Shown here in pieces: positions 59,741-64,000 of a stretch of 64,000 nt of DNA. The notes below the pieces were generated by a model. That model was not told where the DNA came from and did no database searches. It worked only from the letters and a program-made list of their open reading frames with translations. Each line of letters starts with the position of its first letter. Within the stretch, counting starts at the first letter, position 1. Both the position numbers and the translations under genes were made by a program. Location of the stretch: NCBI GenBank assembly GCA_000092065.1, contig CP000583.1; one strand, 5' to 3'. This DNA is from Ostreococcus lucimarinus. Its lineage: Eukaryota.

Positions 59741-62700
59741 TCAAATCATCGCCCGGTCGTCGTCGCCGTGCGCGTCGAGCACATCCAAAGCAAAACGTCC
59801 ATCAGGACAATCTCGAGACCTAGTCGCTATGAACGTTCGACCGAGGTTGTCAATAGACCACATGCTTGCGTTTTCAAAATGCTTACGATCCGATCGTCGC
59901 ATCGTTTCGTCCACTTCGGGCATCCACGACGCGTCGTCGTCGAACGGAGCCAACGTGAGGAAATCCGTTCGTACGCACGTGACCAGGTCTTTCTTGGGCG
60001 GTTCGACACCTTTGACGACGACGGCACCAAGGGCGCGGAATCTCGCGGGAGCCACGGGCATCCACACCGTAAAATCGGACTGCTCGCGATATATGAGCTC
60101 AAATCGAACTGGTGGACTGAGCACAACGCTGTTGCCGCCGCTTCGTAAAACCATACTCACAGGCTCGGACGGAGGATTTGTGCCACCGATGACGTGACCG
60201 AACGCGATGTACTTATCTACTGGTGGGATGGGTGCCCAAAAACACGTCTGACCTCGGCTTACCACGCATTTCCAGTTGACACAAGGCATGTATGGAGGAA
60301 GAGGTTCGCCGTCGTCGTCGTACTCGTCCTCATCAAACTTTGAGTTTGATCGTCGCGTCATTTCGTCTGCAATCATCGCCGTCAGCTCCTCCGGTTGATT
60401 CGTACCAGGAGTCGTTTTGATCACACGTGTGATTCGTTGCTTTTCGAAAAGTCGCTTCTTTCGACTGTACTCTTTTAGGTGCAGTACACAATTCGCCGGG
60501 GCTTGCACTTCGACGTGAAGTAACTCGTGCCATCCCACGTGCCAAAGGGCGACGTACTTGTCTGCCGCCGTTCGTTTCAACGTCACCACGCGCTGATCGG
60601 TGAGAACGATCAAATAAGCCCTCGAGTTGACCTCAACGCTTCCGAGATACTTGTCTCGGCCGTAGTACCCTTTGTGTGTGAACACTTCATCGATTCCACC
60701 GCCCAACTTTCCTCGCTCGGCGGTCCGCAATGCGCGCTGCGAGCGCGCGGCGTTCGCGTCGTACGTGCGCAAAATACCGTCGGCATGCTGAGCGCGAGGT
60801 TCCCGAATTCGATGTTGCGGCGCCGACGAGTTAACGCCAAGCGCACTTTTCACTCCATCGACACCCGACGCAATACCTTCCGCAGTTCGACCTACGGCGG
60901 CTAAACCGCCGGCGATGGGTTGCGTCACGGCTCCAACCAAACCTTTACCGACACCTTTGACGAAGCCAAGCGCGCCGCCTTTCGTAGCACCTTCGATCGG
61001 TTTTCGGAAAACCCCGGTAAAACCTCGGAAGACGCCCTTGGCGAGCATCTCGGTGCCGGAAGCTAAACCATTTTTGATGGAATCAGCCTTTTGGGCGTCG
61101 GGTCCAAGCGTAGCGTTCATAGAGTGCGAAAACTTTTTGTCAAGACTTAAAGCGGCGACTCCCGCGGACGCCTGACTAAGCGCCTGTGAAAACGAGTCCA
61201 AAACATCGACACCGACGAGCAACAAGAGTGCTTGTCTGGCGACTTGTCGAGAGTAAGAATCCGATATCATCCTCATGAAGGCTTGCTCGAGCGTGCGCAC
61301 TCTCCTTACTCGAAGCGCATGCAGATACAATTGACCGTCATCGATGTTTACGAAAGCCATGCCAGCCATAAAAGCAGGCATCGCGTGCTTCGGCCTTGAA
61401 TAAAGCGCAGAACGGAATCGCAATCGCAATTTCAGTTCACTCACGTGGAAGCTACCGATAGCTATCGGAAGGTTGACGACTTCGAGACGTTCTCCTCCAT
61501 CTTTTGATGACGTCGTGTTCATCACCTCTGAAAAGTTTACCAGTCGCCAAATGAGCGGTTCGTGCACGGCGAGTTGCACGTCAAGCGGAGCGAAGGTAAC
61601 GTCGATGAATGGATAAATGCGCATTTCCAACCCAGCAGATGTCTTGGTGACCACTTTAACGGTCAAGAATGAATGTTCTCGCGTGTCCCCAAGCAAACGC
61701 ACGACGACAGGATACTGAGAGCCATCATTCATATCGTCGACTTGTAATGATTTCACCGTGAGTGCCATGCGTTCAATTCCCCCACCGACGCCTGAGAGAT
61801 ACTCGAAACCAACGCCACTGGTAGTGCAATTGATAATTTCACTCATCGCACCATCGACAATAGCAAGGCTGCTTTCTGTGATAAGCACTGAGATGCGCGA
61901 CTCCGTCGAGCTCGCGCGGCTTGCGGAGACCAAATGCTTGGAGACTGTCGAGCTGCCGTATGACTTGATACGCACAATACGCCTTCCTCTTCTTAACCGA
62001 CGGGTGACCGGCAGGAAATTGAAGTAAACTGAATCACCACCGTCAATGTCGAGTTCCGCCGTCGTCTTCAGCTCGATCTTTGGTACGGGCAAACCGGGCA
62101 ACATTTCGTTCTCTGTTCCGAGATCCAAGTGGTCGAAATCATAGACGCGTTGAATCGAACTTTGAAACGAGCCTTTCTGAAGCACTCGCACTGCAAGTTT
62201 TCTCGCATCTCGCGGTCGAGACCACGCGAAAGCTTTCGCTGATTGCGGAGGTACCACGATCCACGCTTCCAAATTGTCTTCAATCGCACAAGCTTGTCTG
62301 AAGGCGACGAAATCGACATCGCTGGCGTTCTCAATGAGAATGTTTGCGGTGAAACGAGGTTCGATCGCACAGCTGACTCTTGACACTCCGAGTTTTGACG
62401 TATCCAAATGTAAACTCAACAAATCGAACTCTTCGGGATTGACTGAACTCCGTATCGGGATTTTCATGGAATCCTTGATCGTCTTGATGCCGTACAAGTC
62501 TATCGGAGCAGACCATTTTGCGTGTGGAAGTTTGATTCGAACCAAACCGTCGTCGTTCGCGGTTTGCATCTTCAGAGGCACGGTGATATCAGTCGCCTTC
62601 AAAATTAGTGCGGAAGCGTCTTTGTCATCAGAACTTTGAGCCAGCAAAATATCCATGCCAGTTTGATTCGTAACCGTACATCGCGGCTCAATGAAAACAA

Positions 62701-63982
62701 CCTGCGCGCCCTCCTTCGAGTATTCACTGCCAGTTTCCATTCGCACCGTGAGAGAGTAGAAAGAACCATCTTTGCAAAGTGCTCGCACGACGACGGCGCC
62801 ACGAAGAAGTTCGCGTTCATCTATGGGAATGCCAGGCGATAAATGTACGTGAGCGTTCGAATTGTCGATGCCAACTTCAAGCATGATTACTTGGTTCTCC
62901 TTTGGCGCTTTGCGAATCGCGCAATGATGAAGCGATTGAATGCCTCTCTTGGATTTTGGAGCGTAAGTTTCGACCATTTTGACTTTAGAAATAGACGAAT
63001 CCTCATCCGTTGACGGTATTTCCATCGTCGAAGTTCTAATGGCGAGATTGACACCGCTTTTGTTCACTATGATCAAGGATGCGGAGAAAACTGTTTTGCG
63101 CGCAGAGCGCGAGAGGAAACCAAAGTCAGTGCGTGCGTCCAAAACCGCAGTCCTTCCGTCTGAGCTCCGCAAATTCACTTCATCTAACGAAGTCGCATCA
63201 TCATCAGTTTTGACTGCATCAGTTAATGGCATTTCGAAAGCATCAAAAGCATCCAGTGTTCCGGCTGACGCCAACGCTTCGACCGCCATCGGGGACACTG
63301 GTATCAAACGTCTCGGAGGAACCATGACTTCGAAACCATCATCAAGCGCGAGACGCAAGTAATACGGCGTTTCAGGATGCACACTGTGTATCGGTAGAGA
63401 GTTCCAAGGGGTGATGGTCGCAGTGCTTATCGCCTTGACGCTCAGCGGTGTATCTACTTGTCCTTGAAACACAGTCAGCGTCATCGTATGCGGAGAATGA
63501 TTTGTGATGATGTGCGGAGCGCCGGCAGTGATTTTCCACTCCATTGCCTCTGGGTTGAGGTTGTAATATCCGTCTTCCAATAGCTCACAGTCTTCGAAAC
63601 CTGTACCATCATCTGCAGCTTTACAGTCAGGTGTGACCGCGTCGGCTTCGACTTGAATGCCGATGAATCTGTTTTTACCCTCAGCGTCGGTTGTGCAAGC
63701 AATTTCGGCGCCTTCCATGGCACTATGAATCATACAAGACCACGTGCTTCCATGGTCGTCGACATTTGCCCCCCATGATGATTGTCCTCGCAATGTGATG
63801 TTACGCACAAACAGTTCCGCTCGGGCATCCGGTCCAATAATCGCGGGAATCAATCCCACGGTTTCATTTGGCTTGACGACAACACTCTGACGAAGCGCAG
63901 CGTCATCTTCGGCGTCGAGCACGACTGGTCGATTTTCTTCGATAGGCACTCGTCGACGAACCCAGCGACGCATGCGCACCAT
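59741..63982 (-). CDS. VPS13-like lipid-transfer protein, C-terminal portion; gene continues beyond the window edge
   Basis: A 1413-aa ORF has a Gly-rich VPS13/ATG2 C-terminal motif region (…GVFRGFTGVFRKPIEGATKGGALGFVKGVGKGLVGAVTQPIAGGLAAVG…) and a PH-like C-terminus. The upstream part must lie in further exon(s) or beyond nt 64000. Confidence 0.5.
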   Translation of the reverse strand: MVRMRRWVRRRVPIEENRPVVLDAEDDAALRQSVVVKPNETVGLIPAIIGPDARAELFVRNITLRGQSSWGANVDDHGSTWSCMIHSAMEGAEIACTTDAEGKNRFIGIQVEADAVTPDCKAADDGTGFEDCELLEDGYYNLNPEAMEWKITAGAPHIITNHSPHTMTLTVFQGQVDTPLSVKAISTATITPWNSLPIHSVHPETPYYLRLALDDGFEVMVPPRRLIPVSPMAVEALASAGTLDAFDAFEMPLTDAVKTDDDATSLDEVNLRSSDGRTAVLDARTDFGFLSRSARKTVFSASLIIVNKSGVNLAIRTSTMEIPSTDEDSSISKVKMVETYAPKSKRGIQSLHHCAIRKAPKENQVIMLEVGIDNSNAHVHLSPGIPIDERELLRGAVVVRALCKDGSFYSLTVRMETGSEYSKEGAQVVFIEPRCTVTNQTGMDILLAQSSDDKDASALILKATDITVPLKMQTANDDGLVRIKLPHAKWSAPIDLYGIKTIKDSMKIPIRSSVNPEEFDLLSLHLDTSKLGVSRVSCAIEPRFTANILIENASDVDFVAFRQACAIEDNLEAWIVVPPQSAKAFAWSRPRDARKLAVRVLQKGSFQSSIQRVYDFDHLDLGTENEMLPGLPVPKIELKTTAELDIDGGDSVYFNFLPVTRRLRRGRRIVRIKSYGSSTVSKHLVSASRASSTESRISVLITESSLAIVDGAMSEIINCTTSGVGFEYLSGVGGGIERMALTVKSLQVDDMNDGSQYPVVVRLLGDTREHSFLTVKVVTKTSAGLEMRIYPFIDVTFAPLDVQLAVHEPLIWRLVNFSEVMNTTSSKDGGERLEVVNLPIAIGSFHVSELKLRLRFRSALYSRPKHAMPAFMAGMAFVNIDDGQLYLHALRVRRVRTLEQAFMRMISDSYSRQVARQALLLLVGVDVLDSFSQALSQASAGVAALSLDKKFSHSMNATLGPDAQKADSIKNGLASGTEMLAKGVFRGFTGVFRKPIEGATKGGALGFVKGVGKGLVGAVTQPIAGGLAAVGRTAEGIASGVDGVKSALGVNSSAPQHRIREPRAQHADGILRTYDANAARSQRALRTAERGKLGGGIDEVFTHKGYYGRDKYLGSVEVNSRAYLIVLTDQRVVTLKRTAADKYVALWHVGWHELLHVEVQAPANCVLHLKEYSRKKRLFEKQRITRVIKTTPGTNQPEELTAMIADEMTRRSNSKFDEDEYDDDGEPLPPYMPCVNWKCVVSRGQTCFWAPIPPVDKYIAFGHVIGGTNPPSEPVSMVLRSGGNSVVLSPPVRFELIYREQSDFTVWMPVAPARFRALGAVVVKGVEPPKKDLVTCVRTDFLTLAPFDDDASWMPEVDETMRRSDRKHFENASMWSIDNLGRTFIATRSRDCPDGRFALDVLDAHGDDDRAMI

Positions 63983-64000
63983 AGATAAAGGGCCTTGCTG

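Noticed and set aside
1-64000. Prokaryotic operon / mobile element interpretation
   Set aside because: Introns, eukaryote-specific architectures (eIF5B, UBA3, COP1, VPS13, PIG-A, SERCA, p24, TAP42) and the absence of any transposase/integrase/RT ORF argue for ordinary eukaryotic nuclear DNA. The bacterial-type genes (SelU, RlmN, IF3, SufC, RbgA) are embedded among them.

Overview
This is a GC-rich (about 68-70%) eukaryotic nuclear segment, very gene-dense, with about 38 protein-coding genes on both strands, short intergenic spacers (often AT-rich only at convergent 3' ends) and a few short introns (about 90-240 nt). The protein repertoire suggests a photosynthetic stramenopile (pelagophyte-like) genome: a fucoxanthin/chlorophyll a/c light-harvesting protein, organelle-type SufC and IF3, a selenoprotein with in-frame UGA, and bacterial-type SelU and RlmN. 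This taxonomic call is an inference. Genes recognised: DEAH helicase (5' truncated), TPR protein, SufC, TLDc protein, membrane cyclic-nucleotide phosphodiesterase, F-box/YccV-like protein, eIF5B, a MYND zinc-finger protein, DNAJC3-like J protein, organellar IF3, a C2H2 zinc-finger protein with a C-terminal RidA/YjgF domain, EB1, RNA polymerase I subunit A12.2, a sulfotransferase, p24/emp24 cargo receptor, PIG-A, SERCA Ca-ATPase, selenoprotein T, an LHC/FCP, a SET (Rubisco-LSMT-like) methyltransferase, an RRM/RGG RNA-binding protein, tRNA 2-selenouridine synthase (SelU), a small FHA-like protein, COP1-like RING/WD40 E3 ligase, CobW/COG0523 GTPase, RAD51 paralogue, UBA3 (NEDD8 E1), a Golgi-type glycosyltransferase, RbgA/YlqF GTPase, FAD oxidoreductase, TAP42/alpha4, a secreted 4x SUEL-lectin protein, a G-patch protein, an ALMT/FUSC-like membrane protein, RlmN radical-SAM methyltransferase and a VPS13-like C-terminal fragment running off the 3' edge. 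The ORF track splits six genes that I reconstruct by hand with short introns (F-box, EB1, RPA12, PIG-A, LHC, UBA3); five of the six introns use a GTGCG donor. The most notable items are: (1) selenoprotein T, whose Sec-UGA at 33634-33636 splits the ORF track, about 4.7 kb from a bacterial-type tRNA 2-selenouridine synthase; (2) eIF5B with a Myf/EMAP-II-type tRNA-binding OB-fold domain inside its charged N-terminal region; (3) a multi-C2H2 zinc-finger protein fused to a RidA/YjgF domain; (4) a perfect 16-bp-arm palindrome with a TGACGTG core in a bidirectional promoter; (5) a series of head-to-head gene pairs with starts only 40-170 bp apart. No rRNA, tRNA, CRISPR or transposon-like genes were seen. 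Most N-terminal extensions and antisense ORFs in the track are GC-composition artefacts. Coordinates derived by hand may be off by 1-2 nt.
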